A DNA stretch of 64,000 bases, taken from positions 32,001-96,000 of the forward strand of contig CAYFHS010000008.1 of the NCBI GenBank assembly GCA_964342815.1. Reading direction: 5' to 3'. Positions within the stretch are counted from its first letter, which is position 1, and every line of letters begins with the position of its first letter. The notes under the pieces are model-generated. The model saw nothing but the letters and a program-made list of their open reading frames with translations. It did no database searches and was not told the DNA's origin. A program made the position numbers and the translations under genes. The stretch is from an uncultured archaeon (GTDB lineage Archaea; Thermoplasmatota; Penumbrarchaeia; JASLWR01). This document shows positions 38,415-48,103 of this stretch, piece by piece.

Positions 38415-40113
38415 CCTATCAAGATTTCAAATTCCTCCTCCTTCACATTGGCAAGAGTTTGAATCTATTTGCTGTGATTTATGGAGAGAGATTTGGAAAG
38501 ACCCTAATGCCGTATTACATGGGAGAAGGGGGCAGGCCCAACAGGGTGTTGATGCCTATGGACAACCTGATAAAGGACGAAAATGGGCAGCAGTTCAATG
38601 TAAAGGTAAAGATAACTATTCTGAAAAAACACTGACTGAGGAAGATGTAACAAAAGAAGTGGACAATGCAAAGAAATTCAGTCCTAAATTGTCCGAATTT
38701 ATTATTGCCACATCTGGGCAAAGGGATGCGAGTATCCAGAAGTTGGTTCGAGAGATTTCTCAGAAGAACCTAAATGACGGGTTGTTTTCGGTTCATGTTT
38801 GGTTTTGGGATGATATTATAGGTAAAATGGGGGAATTCCCTAACGTGATAGAAAAGCATATTCCAAAAGAAATTATCGAGGTTAGATCTAGTGAAACGAA
38901 AGGAAAGAATTGCGAAGATAAATCATTTCATTCACCTCGCGATTTAAAATATAATTTTCCAGAGAAAATCCAAACGGAAAAGGGAGATTTACTCAGTTCT
39001 AACGAGATTATCCATGAAAAATCTAACAAATACAATATTTTTGAAATAAATTCGGACCTTCTTAAATGGAAAGACATTCCTTCTGAGATATTGTCATATG
39101 AAAGCGGAACAATATCAATTTGGGTTGAAGTGAAAGAAGAACACTTAACAAAAGGGATGGTGAATAAAGGAAGATTTATCATTAGTCATTCAACAAGTAA
39201 ACAAAAGAACGAATTTGGATTTTACCCAAATACCTTTTCTTTAAAAAGGAATGAAACGGCTGAACGAGTATTTTGGGAATTTGTCTGGAGTGATAATAAG
39301 AAAAGAAATACCATTCCAAGTGAACCATCTTTAAACATAAAAGCGGATTGGCATCTCTTTTCAATATCCTGGTCAAAAAGGAGGAATTCAGTAAAGTTCT
39401 ACATTAACGGAAAACCACAAAATGGAGAAAAAACACAAGACAACTGGCCGTACGCTGATAACACCGGAATTATTTTCATAGGTAGATGGATTCGTCCAAA
39501 TAAAAAATCTTATTTTAATAGTAGAATTGGCCCATATATTATTTATAACAAAGCAATTACAATTGAGGAAATTGACCGGTTCTATCAATTATTAAAACAA
39601 ATTCTATCAAAATCTCTCATAAATATCCCAATAATACACAAACAAAATGATTTTCCAGAAATGGTTGAAATTAAGCACGGAATGAAAGAATCATTCTTAA
39701 TAAATATTTTAATGAAAAAATTAACATTAAAAGCTAGAATAAATTTACACCGGGAAGCGGGGAATGCTCACTTATTGATTATCCGTGTGAATAATATTCT
39801 CCTCAATAGATGTTATATTATGAACAAGAGTGAAATGAAGCGTTTTCCGAAAAAACCTGAAGGTGAAGCATGGTTCGACCGAGAAATCAAAGCTTGGCAT
39901 TTGTGCTATAGTCCTGATTTTCAGTCAAACTATAGGGATAAAAATTATGCAGTAATCGATGATGATCCATATGAATTTGAATTTGACCTATCAGTAATTA
40001 AACCCGATGATAATAATCAATATTTAATAGAATTCGAACATAGTGGATTGACTGGAGGTAACGCATATAGGAATCCAGTGGTTATCCGAGATATAAAAGT
40101 AGAGGGATTCTGA
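38407..40113 (+). CDS. Mrr-like PD-(D/E/Q)xK restriction-endonuclease domain fused to a LamG/concanavalin-like domain and an unknown C-terminal domain
   Basis: PPPSHWQEFESICCDLW..GRRGQAQQGVDAYG..VQCK nuclease; GTISIWV..WHLFSISW..VKFYINGK..FNSRIG LamG pattern. No signal peptide. AT-rich. Confidence 0.75.
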   Translation: MVDLSRFQIPPPSHWQEFESICCDLWREIWKDPNAVLHGRRGQAQQGVDAYGQPDKGRKWAAVQCKGKDNYSEKTLTEEDVTKEVDNAKKFSPKLSEFIIATSGQRDASIQKLVREISQKNLNDGLFSVHVWFWDDIIGKMGEFPNVIEKHIPKEIIEVRSSETKGKNCEDKSFHSPRDLKYNFPEKIQTEKGDLLSSNEIIHEKSNKYNIFEINSDLLKWKDIPSEILSYESGTISIWVEVKEEHLTKGMVNKGRFIISHSTSKQKNEFGFYPNTFSLKRNETAERVFWEFVWSDNKKRNTIPSEPSLNIKADWHLFSISWSKRRNSVKFYINGKPQNGEKTQDNWPYADNTGIIFIGRWIRPNKKSYFNSRIGPYIIYNKAITIEEIDRFYQLLKQILSKSLINIPIIHKQNDFPEMVEIKHGMKESFLINILMKKLTLKARINLHREAGNAHLLIIRVNNILLNRCYIMNKSEMKRFPKKPEGEAWFDREIKAWHLCYSPDFQSNYRDKNYAVIDDDPYEFEFDLSVIKPDDNNQYLIEFEHSGLTGGNAYRNPVVIRDIKVEGF

Positions 40114-40114
40114 A

Positions 40115-42814
40115 ATGGAAAAAAGCCGAGATATCCCCGCAGATGTCCTCGACAAATTACTCGTAGACGCTCATTTCAGATGTGCCATTTGTCCCGAGCA
40201 TAGAGATATCAGAAATATTCATCACATCGTACCATTCCGCAAGAACGGACCAAATTCTGAAAGCAACCTGATCGTGGTATGCCCCAATTGTCATGAAAGC
40301 ATTCACCGAAATCCAAGAGTCTATACGAAAAAACGAGTGAAAATGGCTAAACAGAAATGGATTGATATTTGCTCGAAATCATCTTTATCATTGCAAGAGA
40401 AAATTGCCCAATCTCCTGGAATCGAGCTTGAAAAAAAATCCCCCCTCATCTTCATCCCTCACCCATACCCCGAGGCGCCAAACTTCACCGGCAGGAAAAA
40501 GGAGCGGGGGGCCATGCTTACCAAGTGGCTCTTGGAGGATACGGAGCATCCACTGTTATCTATGGTAGCGATTGGAGGAATGGGGAAGAGCGCCTTGACG
40601 TGGAGGTGGCTGCAGGAGGATGTTATAGGGAAGGGTGTGGAGTTTGATGGAATTGTTTGGTGGAGCTTTTATGAAAGAGAAGCTACTTTTCAAGCATTTA
40701 TCAACGAAATGATAGGTATCTTATTTCCAGAAAAGGAAAAGGAACTTCTGCAAAGGTCAGACAGGGAAAAGATAGATCTCATTTTGCTAGAATTCACTAG
40801 AAATAATTTTCTTATAGTTTTCGATGGTTTCGAAAGGACATTGCGGGCTTATGCTTTAGCGGGTTTATCCGTATGTTACATTGGCGATGAATATCAAAAA
40901 GGTATAGGTGAGAAATTTCGTCAATGCCTTGATCTAAACTTATCTCAGTTCATTCGTTCATTGACAAATCCTCAATGCAAGACAAAAATGATAATGACCA
41001 CTCGATTGCATCCGCTCGATCTAAGAGGACTTATCGGAGTTCGGGAGGAAGAATTAACGAAAATAGACTCTAATGAGGCAGTTGAATTTTTTCACCGCCA
41101 GGGGGTGAAGGGTTCTGCACCTGAGATAAGACAAGCGTGTGCGAAATATGATTTTCTCCCGTTATGTTTACGTCTATTGTCAGGCGTACTTATCACATCT
41201 CAGAAGTATAAAGGTGATATCAAATACGTCAAGGAGATACCCGATCTGGTTTTAACCGATTCTGATGAGTATTACAAGGATTCTAAAAAGTTCGAACATA
41301 TCCTCCAGTTCTCGTATGACAAATTACCCGAAGAGGATAAGGCATTGATATCTGGCATTGCTGCATTCAGATCACCCATGGAATTCGAGGTATTGCGAAC
41401 CATATTCGGGAACGATGGGGATGAGGATACTTTCCGTGGGAAATTGGAGCCTCTGGAAAGAAGGGGATTACTGTTCAATGATATTGAAAAGGATTGTTAT
41501 GACCTCCATCCCATAGTACGAAGATACTGTTATGGACGATTAACGGCTCCGAAGGAAACACATGAGAGGATACGCTTTTATTTTAATAGAAAAGTGAAAG
41601 ATAAATTTGGTGAACTAGTAATTCCACAAAAAAAGTGGCTGATAACACCTGAAAAGGGAAAAGTTGAATCTACGCAAGAAATAGAGTTGGTGATTGAATT
41701 ATATCATCATACTATAAAGACAGGTCGTTATGATGAAGCATGGAAGTTATACAGAGATCGACTTTTAATAGCTGTTTATTACCATTTAAGAGATTTTAAC
41801 AAACAAATCGAATGTTTAACGGCATTATTTGGAGTTGATAGTGAACTTCCTAAACTGAAGAAAGGATCTTATATAGCTCATTGTTGTTATGAGCTTGCAA
41901 ATGCCTATTCAACATCAGGTAAACCCATTGAAGCAGCAAAACTCTACATGAAAGCATCAAGATTAGCAAAAAGGATGAAACAACAACGATATATTGGTAG
42001 GGCTTTAGTAAATCTTGCTAAAAGAATGATTGATATAGGCGATTTTAAATCTGCCGAATTCAATATAACAAAAATGATTAAAATTTCAAAAATTATTAAT
42101 ATGAAATTTGACGAAGCGTATGGCCATCGCTTATTGAGTATATTACATATAAATTGTGCTGAATACGAAAAATCTATAAAAGAAGCGGACAAAGTTTTAA
42201 AATTGGTAGAGGATGAAGCCCCACATCAAATTGTTACGATTCATTATTACCAAGCCCTCCGAGCTCTCCTTATGAACCAACCTAAAAAAGCTGTTAAAAC
42301 TGCAAATGACGCGCTTATACTTGCGAAAAAATGGGAAGAGAATGAATATCAAGTTGCTAGTGATTTCATTTGGGGTCACAAGCTCATTGGTGCCTCATAT
42401 TTAGTAATGAATGACACAAAGGAAGCTGAATCTCACCTTAATTTTGCATTAACTGAATGTCGTAAGTATAATCTTATTAAAATCGAAGCAGTAGTATTAT
42501 TAGAACTTTCAAGATTGAATCATCTACTAAGTAATGAAAAAGAATCTTTAAATCTTGCCACCGAAGCCCTTGAGATCGCCAACCGCTGCTCATACGTACT
42601 CCAGCAAGCCGACATCCACCTGTTTCTCGGCGAGTACTACAGGGATACGGACGACCTTGAACTTGCGAGGGAGCACGCGGGGTTGGCGAAGCTCAGGAGT
42701 CATCAGATGGTGGATGTTGAGACGGGGGATTATATTACGAAGGACGAAGGGACAAAGTGGAAGTACAAGCCGTGCTATGATAAGGCCAAAGCTCTTTTGG
42801 ATACCTTATCTTAA
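40115..42814 (+). CDS. HNH nuclease - STAND (NB-ARC-like) NTPase - TPR protein (Avs/NLR-like)
   Basis: CAIC..NIHHI..N...NLIVVCPNCH..IH; NFTGR; Walker A GGMGKS; Walker B FLIVFDG; MTTR; LPLCLRL; YDLHPIVR; C-terminal TPRs. Confidence 0.9.
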   Translation: MEKSRDIPADVLDKLLVDAHFRCAICPEHRDIRNIHHIVPFRKNGPNSESNLIVVCPNCHESIHRNPRVYTKKRVKMAKQKWIDICSKSSLSLQEKIAQSPGIELEKKSPLIFIPHPYPEAPNFTGRKKERGAMLTKWLLEDTEHPLLSMVAIGGMGKSALTWRWLQEDVIGKGVEFDGIVWWSFYEREATFQAFINEMIGILFPEKEKELLQRSDREKIDLILLEFTRNNFLIVFDGFERTLRAYALAGLSVCYIGDEYQKGIGEKFRQCLDLNLSQFIRSLTNPQCKTKMIMTTRLHPLDLRGLIGVREEELTKIDSNEAVEFFHRQGVKGSAPEIRQACAKYDFLPLCLRLLSGVLITSQKYKGDIKYVKEIPDLVLTDSDEYYKDSKKFEHILQFSYDKLPEEDKALISGIAAFRSPMEFEVLRTIFGNDGDEDTFRGKLEPLERRGLLFNDIEKDCYDLHPIVRRYCYGRLTAPKETHERIRFYFNRKVKDKFGELVIPQKKWLITPEKGKVESTQEIELVIELYHHTIKTGRYDEAWKLYRDRLLIAVYYHLRDFNKQIECLTALFGVDSELPKLKKGSYIAHCCYELANAYSTSGKPIEAAKLYMKASRLAKRMKQQRYIGRALVNLAKRMIDIGDFKSAEFNITKMIKISKIINMKFDEAYGHRLLSILHINCAEYEKSIKEADKVLKLVEDEAPHQIVTIHYYQALRALLMNQPKKAVKTANDALILAKKWEENEYQVASDFIWGHKLIGASYLVMNDTKEAESHLNFALTECRKYNLIKIEAVVLLELSRLNHLLSNEKESLNLATEALEIANRCSYVLQQADIHLFLGEYYRDTDDLELAREHAGLAKLRSHQMVDVETGDYITKDEGTKWKYKPCYDKAKALLDTLS

Positions 42815-43059
42815 CTCATCGGTCTCCTGATAATCGTAATATCTCGTTTACAATAAATCCATCGCCCTAATAAATGCAGAACCCTATTTCTCTTTCACCT
42901 GCCCCACAGTTCTTGAATACAACCACAACAAATCATCTCTTGACCCACCATAAAAAATTACAAATTTCTACATCAAAGCTCCTTTTCTCATTTCCGTAAT
43001 ACAAAAACAATATCTATTCGGAATTGGTGTGTTAAAAAAAATCATATCCCTCCAACATC

Positions 43060-43998
43060 TCACCCAATCAATCTTTCTCTCATCTCCCTCGCAGTGGAAT
43101 ACGGATCTCTTTCTTTACTGATAATCCCCTCAAGTATATCTTGGTAACGCCCCTGCCTCTTTGCATCTTCGATGATAAATTCAGTCACCTCATCCCTCAA
43201 TAACTCCAAAAATTCCCGCTCGGTCCTCTCCCTGTTACAGATCTCGAGATTCCCGCTTGACCGCAAATAATCCATGTGGTTCTCGATCATATCGGCTATT
43301 TCCCCAATACCCGTACCGTCCCGGGCCACTGCCTTTAAAACCGGTGGCTTCCATTCATTCTTGTATGAACCAAGCTCGAGCATGGTTTCAAGTTCCAGCT
43401 TTGTCCTGTCAGCCCCGTCCCGGTCGGCCTTGTTCACCACGAAGATATTTCCGATTTCCAGTATCCCCGCCTTGGACGCTTGTATGTCATCCCCGGTTCC
43501 CGGTATCTCCACAACCACTGTGGTGTGTGCCGAGCCGGCTATATCCACTTCCGCCTGCCCCGCACCCACAGTTTCCACCAGAATTATCTCCTTACCAAAG
43601 GCATCCATGACCTTGATAATATCGTTGGTGGAGCGTGCGAGTCCACCCAGTTTTCCCCTGGTTCCCATGCTCCTGATGAATATTTCTCGGTCGAGAGCTA
43701 TCTTCGACATCCTGATACGGTCCCCCAGCAGCGCTCCGCCGGTGAATGGTGACGTAGGATCCACGGCAATTATTCCCACCGTTCGTTCCAGTTTTCGGTA
43801 TTCGAGAGCCAATTTTTCAACAAGAGTGCTCTTTCCGGCACCCGGAGGACCAGTAATTCCTATGACATGAGCTCTACCGGTATGAGGGTAAATAAGGGCA
43901 AGCGCTTTCTTTGCATCCTTAGAAAAATTCTCGACGTGGCTCATCAACCTTGCCATGGCACGCCTGTCGCCTTTCAGTAATCTATCTACGATCTCCAT
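43060..43998 (-). CDS. meaB: Acyl-CoA mutase-associated GTPase MeaB
   Basis: GITGPPGAGKST, DPTSPFTGGALLGDRIRM, RSMGTRG, ETVGAGQ, NKAD. Confidence 0.95.
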   Translation of the reverse strand: MEIVDRLLKGDRRAMARLMSHVENFSKDAKKALALIYPHTGRAHVIGITGPPGAGKSTLVEKLALEYRKLERTVGIIAVDPTSPFTGGALLGDRIRMSKIALDREIFIRSMGTRGKLGGLARSTNDIIKVMDAFGKEIILVETVGAGQAEVDIAGSAHTTVVVEIPGTGDDIQASKAGILEIGNIFVVNKADRDGADRTKLELETMLELGSYKNEWKPPVLKAVARDGTGIGEIADMIENHMDYLRSSGNLEICNRERTEREFLELLRDEVTEFIIEDAKRQGRYQDILEGIISKERDPYSTAREMRERLIG

Positions 43999-44011
43999 AA
44001 GGCCTCGTCTC

Positions 44012-44416
44012 TTACAGGTCTTTTGGCGCGGCATTTGCGGTAATAAAATTCACTATATCTTTTATAGGTGTTCCCGGGCCGAAAAGCTCGGCTACCCCAA
44101 GCTCTTTGAGGCTTGCAGCATCTTCTCGGGGTATGATGCCGCCTCCCACCACCATGATGTCGGAAGCATTATTTTCGGTAAGTAATTCCAGAACCATGGG
44201 AAATATGGTCATGTGCGCGCCGGATAGAATGGATATGCCGATAACATCCACATCCTCCTGAATAGCCGCCTCCACGATACGCTCCGCGGTCTGGTGCAGC
44301 CCGGTATACACGACCTCGAACCCGGCATCCCGCAGACCCCGTGCCACCACTTTTGCTCCTCGGTCATGACCGTCTAATCCAGGTTTGGCCACCAGTACTC
44401 TAATTTTGGAAACCAT
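44012..44416 (-). CDS. Acyl-CoA mutase small (cobalamin-binding) subunit
   Basis: [12 protein letters not shown] (DxHxxG), SILSGAH, GGGIIP, FGPGT. Confidence 0.93.
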   Translation of the reverse strand: MVSKIRVLVAKPGLDGHDRGAKVVARGLRDAGFEVVYTGLHQTAERIVEAAIQEDVDVIGISILSGAHMTIFPMVLELLTENNASDIMVVGGGIIPREDAASLKELGVAELFGPGTPIKDIVNFITANAAPKDL

Positions 44417-44427
44417 ATATGTTCCTC

Positions 44428-45666
44428 CTATAGACCGCCCAGACCTCTCTTCTTCAGCTCCCGGGTAATGAGCGGGACCACCTCGTGCAGGTCCCCCACA
44501 ATAGCATAATCCGATACTGTGAGAATTTGAGCGTCCGGATCTTTATTGATCGCAACGATTATTTTTGAAGTGGACATGCCCGCCCTGTGCTGTATCGAGC
44601 CAGATATCCCGCATGCGATATAGAGTTCAGGCGCAACGGTCTTGCCGGTCTGGCCCACCTGATGGTCCTGCTCGATATACCCGCTTTCCACGGCAACTCT
44701 TGAACCCCCAACCTCGGCACCCAGCAGTTCAGCCAGTTCCTCGAGGACCCCAAAACCTTCCTTGGACCCTACTCCCCTGCCGCCGGATACGATGATCTTG
44801 GCTTCTTCGAGGTTAATTTTCGTTCGGGAATCTTTGGCCACTTCGATTATCTTGGCTATGAGATCGTTCCCTTCCAGGTCCGGAGTTACCGAAATTATCT
44901 CGCCCGATCTCTCCGGATCAAAGGGCTTTACCTTCATGATCCCAGGTCTTACCGTAGCCATCTGCGGCCTGTGGTCAGGTGTCTGGATCGTCGCCATTAT
45001 ATTGCCGCCGAAGGCTGGTCGGGTCTGGTCTAAAAGGCCGGTATCTTCTTCTATGGTGAGTTTAGTACAGTCCGCTGTTAGGCCTGTTTTGACCCTCTGG
45101 GAGATTCTGGGGGCAAGGTCCCGACCGATGAATGTTGCGCCGTACAGAAAGATATTGGGTTTGTATTTCTTTATAAGGTCGGTTATGATCGTCGTGTAAG
45201 GGAGTGTCTGATAATCGTTCAATCTTTCGTCGTTCGCAACGTATACCGTATCGGCCTGATACCCGATGAGTTCCTTCGCAAGATTATCAATGTTGTTTCC
45301 GATCAGTACTGCAACCACATTCTGTTTGAGCTCGTCCGCCAGGTCTCTCGCCCGCCCCAGTAACTGAAGAGCGACCTTTGCAAGTTTTCCATCGCGCTGC
45401 TCAGCAAAAACCCAAACATCCCTGCTATCATCAACCTTTATCAACGGCTCGACTTTATCCAATACGGGTATTTCCTCTGGCTCTCCAGTTATGGTGATGG
45501 CGCCTACCGGGCAAGCTTCCTCCGTCTCCATGATACCCGGAGCACTTGTGGAGATGACGACCGCGATTAGTTCGTCGTCTAGCTCATACCCTTTTGGACA
45601 CTGTTTGACGCATATGGCGCATCCGATACATAGTTCCCTGTCGATAGTAACTTCCATGATCATCAC
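44428..45666 (-). CDS. etfA: Electron transfer flavoprotein alpha subunit with an N-terminal ferredoxin domain
   Basis: N-terminal CIGCAIC...C..ACPVGAI ferredoxin; EtfA motifs [40 protein letters not shown]. Confidence 0.93.
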   Translation of the reverse strand: MMIMEVTIDRELCIGCAICVKQCPKGYELDDELIAVVISTSAPGIMETEEACPVGAITITGEPEEIPVLDKVEPLIKVDDSRDVWVFAEQRDGKLAKVALQLLGRARDLADELKQNVVAVLIGNNIDNLAKELIGYQADTVYVANDERLNDYQTLPYTTIITDLIKKYKPNIFLYGATFIGRDLAPRISQRVKTGLTADCTKLTIEEDTGLLDQTRPAFGGNIMATIQTPDHRPQMATVRPGIMKVKPFDPERSGEIISVTPDLEGNDLIAKIIEVAKDSRTKINLEEAKIIVSGGRGVGSKEGFGVLEELAELLGAEVGGSRVAVESGYIEQDHQVGQTGKTVAPELYIACGISGSIQHRAGMSTSKIIVAINKDPDAQILTVSDYAIVGDLHEVVPLITRELKKRGLGGL

Positions 45667-46458
45667 CTACCTCACGACGTTCTTCTCCTTCAATTTATCC
45701 ACGAGTCTAGCTACCATATCTCCCGCCGTATCCCCTTCGATGATCTCAACTTTCCCCCTGGGCTCAGGAGCAAATGTTCGTTTCACCTGGGTGGGAGAAC
45801 CTTCCAATCCGATCTTTTCGGGCTCCGCCCCAATATCGGAAGCCGACCAAACCTTGGTCTCGTGCTCCCTGTAGGCTCTAATTATTCCTCCCATGGTGGG
45901 ATATCTCGGGCTGTTTAGCTCTTTCACGGCTGTCAACAGCGCCGGCATCGGAATCTTCATCGTCATGTGCCCATCCTCGAGAGCCCTTTGTACAGTAAGT
46001 TCATTACCGTCGATTTTCACATCTCTTACATAGGTAACCTGGGGAATACCGAGGAATTCCGCAAGCTGAGGCCCGATCTGCGCGGTGTCGCCGTCGATGG
46101 CCTGAAGCCCGCAGAATATGAGATCAAATTCTCCAAGTGCCTTAATACCCATTCCAAGGGTATATGATGTGGCCCATGTGTCCGCCCCGGCGAATGCCCG
46201 GTCGGATAGCAGTATGGTATCGTCAACACCCATTGCGTAAACCTCCTTCAAGGCATCAATGGCTTGAGGGGGTCCCATGGATACAACGGTCACCCTTCCT
46301 CCGTATCTTTCTCTAAGCTGGAGCGATTCCTCGATAGCGTGCTTGTCATCAGGATTTACGATACTCGGTACACCTTCCCTGATGAGGGTTCCGGTCTTCG
46401 GATCTATCTTTACGTCAGTGGTGTCCGGTACTTGTTTCATGCACACGATAATATTCAT
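45667..46458 (-). CDS. etfB: Electron transfer flavoprotein beta subunit
   Basis: KQVPDT, REGVPSIVNPDD, MGPP, GADTWATS, DGDTAQIGP, GSPTQV. Confidence 0.95.
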   Translation of the reverse strand: MNIIVCMKQVPDTTDVKIDPKTGTLIREGVPSIVNPDDKHAIEESLQLRERYGGRVTVVSMGPPQAIDALKEVYAMGVDDTILLSDRAFAGADTWATSYTLGMGIKALGEFDLIFCGLQAIDGDTAQIGPQLAEFLGIPQVTYVRDVKIDGNELTVQRALEDGHMTMKIPMPALLTAVKELNSPRYPTMGGIIRAYREHETKVWSASDIGAEPEKIGLEGSPTQVKRTFAPEPRGKVEIIEGDTAGDMVARLVDKLKEKNVVR

Positions 46459-46500
46459 GTTCTCACCTGTTTGTTCCAGTTCAATACTCTATAAATTTTT

Positions 46501-47640
46501 TTACAATCCCAATGCCCTCGAGATCACCATTCTCTGGACCTCGGAGGTACCCTCGTATATTTCGGTAATTTTTGCATCCCTGAAATATCTCTCCACCGGA
46601 TAATCTTTCGTATATCCGTACCCACCGTGTATCTGGATGGCCTTGGTGGTTACATCCATTGCGGTCTCCGCAGCGTAGAGTTTGGCCATTGCAGCCTCTT
46701 TGCTGTATTTCTTCTGGTTGTCCTTGGCATATGCAGCGGAATATACCAGATATCTTGCAGCCTGTACCTGGGTCTCCATATCTGCAAGCATGAAAGAGAT
46801 GGCCTGGAACTTACCAATGGGTTTCCCGAACTGCACTCTTTCCTTGGCATACTGGACGCTGCGGTCAAGAGCCCCCTGTGCAATCCCCAAGGCCTGAGCG
46901 GCGACGCCTATACGTCCGCAGTCCAACGTCTGCATGGCAATGGAGAAACCCCTTCCCTCATCCCACAAACGGTTCCCTTCGGGCACTCGAAGGTCCTGGA
47001 ATACAAGTTCACCAGTTTGGGAACCCCGAATTCCCAATTTATCCTCCTCGGTCCCAATGGAAAACCCTGGCATACCCTTTTCGATAATGAACGCGGTAAT
47101 GCCTCTCATACCCGCGGATTTGTCGGTCATGGCAAAGATCACGAGAGTATCCGCCACCGGGCCATTGGTAATGAAAATCTTCGAACCGTTGATGATATAA
47201 TGCCCATCCTCTTTCAGGGCAACCGTTCTCTGGGAACCCGCATCGGTTCCGGCGCTGGGTTCCGTTAGACCGAAGGCACCCAGCTTTACACCGCTCGCCA
47301 GAGGTGTCAGGAATTTTTTTTTCTGTTCCTCGGTCCCGAATTTTTCGATTGGGTAGCAGGCCAATGAATTGTTCACCGAGACTATGATCCCGGTAGAGCC
47401 GCATACCCGAGATATTTCCTCTACTGCTATAGCATAACTGATAGCATCCGAACCGCTTCCTCCGTATTCCTCCGGGACCATCATCCCCATTATTCCCATC
47501 TCGGCAAGCTTTTTTATTGTTTCTGCAGGGTGCCGGCTCTCAGCGTCAATTTCTTTGGCTATAGGTTCTATGTCGTTTTCAGCTAGCTCGCGGACTGCGC
47601 TTCTGATCATTTCCTGTTCATCGTTAAGACGGAAATCCAT
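46501..47640 (-). CDS. Acyl-CoA dehydrogenase (butyryl-CoA dehydrogenase-like)
   Basis: FGLTEPSAGTD, GSKIFITNG, KLGIRGS, GRIGVAAQALG, ERVQFGKPI, QIHGGYGY, IYEGTSEVQ. Confidence 0.93.
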   Translation of the reverse strand: MDFRLNDEQEMIRSAVRELAENDIEPIAKEIDAESRHPAETIKKLAEMGIMGMMVPEEYGGSGSDAISYAIAVEEISRVCGSTGIIVSVNNSLACYPIEKFGTEEQKKKFLTPLASGVKLGAFGLTEPSAGTDAGSQRTVALKEDGHYIINGSKIFITNGPVADTLVIFAMTDKSAGMRGITAFIIEKGMPGFSIGTEEDKLGIRGSQTGELVFQDLRVPEGNRLWDEGRGFSIAMQTLDCGRIGVAAQALGIAQGALDRSVQYAKERVQFGKPIGKFQAISFMLADMETQVQAARYLVYSAAYAKDNQKKYSKEAAMAKLYAAETAMDVTTKAIQIHGGYGYTKDYPVERYFRDAKITEIYEGTSEVQRMVISRALGL

Positions 47641-47949
47641 TATCTTCCCCCTTTATTGGATTGAAGTATATTTATACCCGATCTAAACTGCGAAAAGTCG
47701 AGTTAGAACGGGTTTGAAGAAGTGTAATAGTATCAGTGACTATTAAGGTTTCGGTTATATACTCCATCTCAAAGTTCGCGTGTTAAAAACCCCCGATATT
47801 CGTGAACTTAAGGCAGATTTTTTTTCGCCCTTATACGAAGAAATGGGTTGTGATCTATCCCGGTTCTGGTGATAGAGGACCGTTAAGTAGAAAAAAGCTA
47901 ATATCCACTAAATATTGTCAATGGTGCGAAGCGTGACAAAATGTCAAGG

Positions 47950-48103
47950 CCTTTCGAGTAACGGTTTGCCGAGGTCCGAGCAATTTCCCACGGAAATTGA
48001 CGGATGACCGGGGCATTCAAAGCCCCTGCACCTGCCAAAGTCTTGGCAGGAGTAACGCCTCGGCAAATTCAGGCGTATCTTCGATGCGCCAGGACTCGAA
48101 AGG
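47950..48103 (+). other. Multi-branched palindromic element C with terminal inverted repeats (candidate MITE or structured RNA)
   Basis: Outer IR cctttcgagt/actcgaaagg, inner IR tttgccgagg/cctcggcaaa, and hairpins caatttcc/ggaaattg, gggc/gccc, cctgccaa/ttggcagg and ggcgtat/atgcgcc. Confidence 0.5.

Noticed and set aside
36970-42603. Diversity-generating retroelement TR/VR pair among the repeated TPR ends
   Set aside because: Differences are not confined to adenines, and there is no reverse transcriptase in the window.
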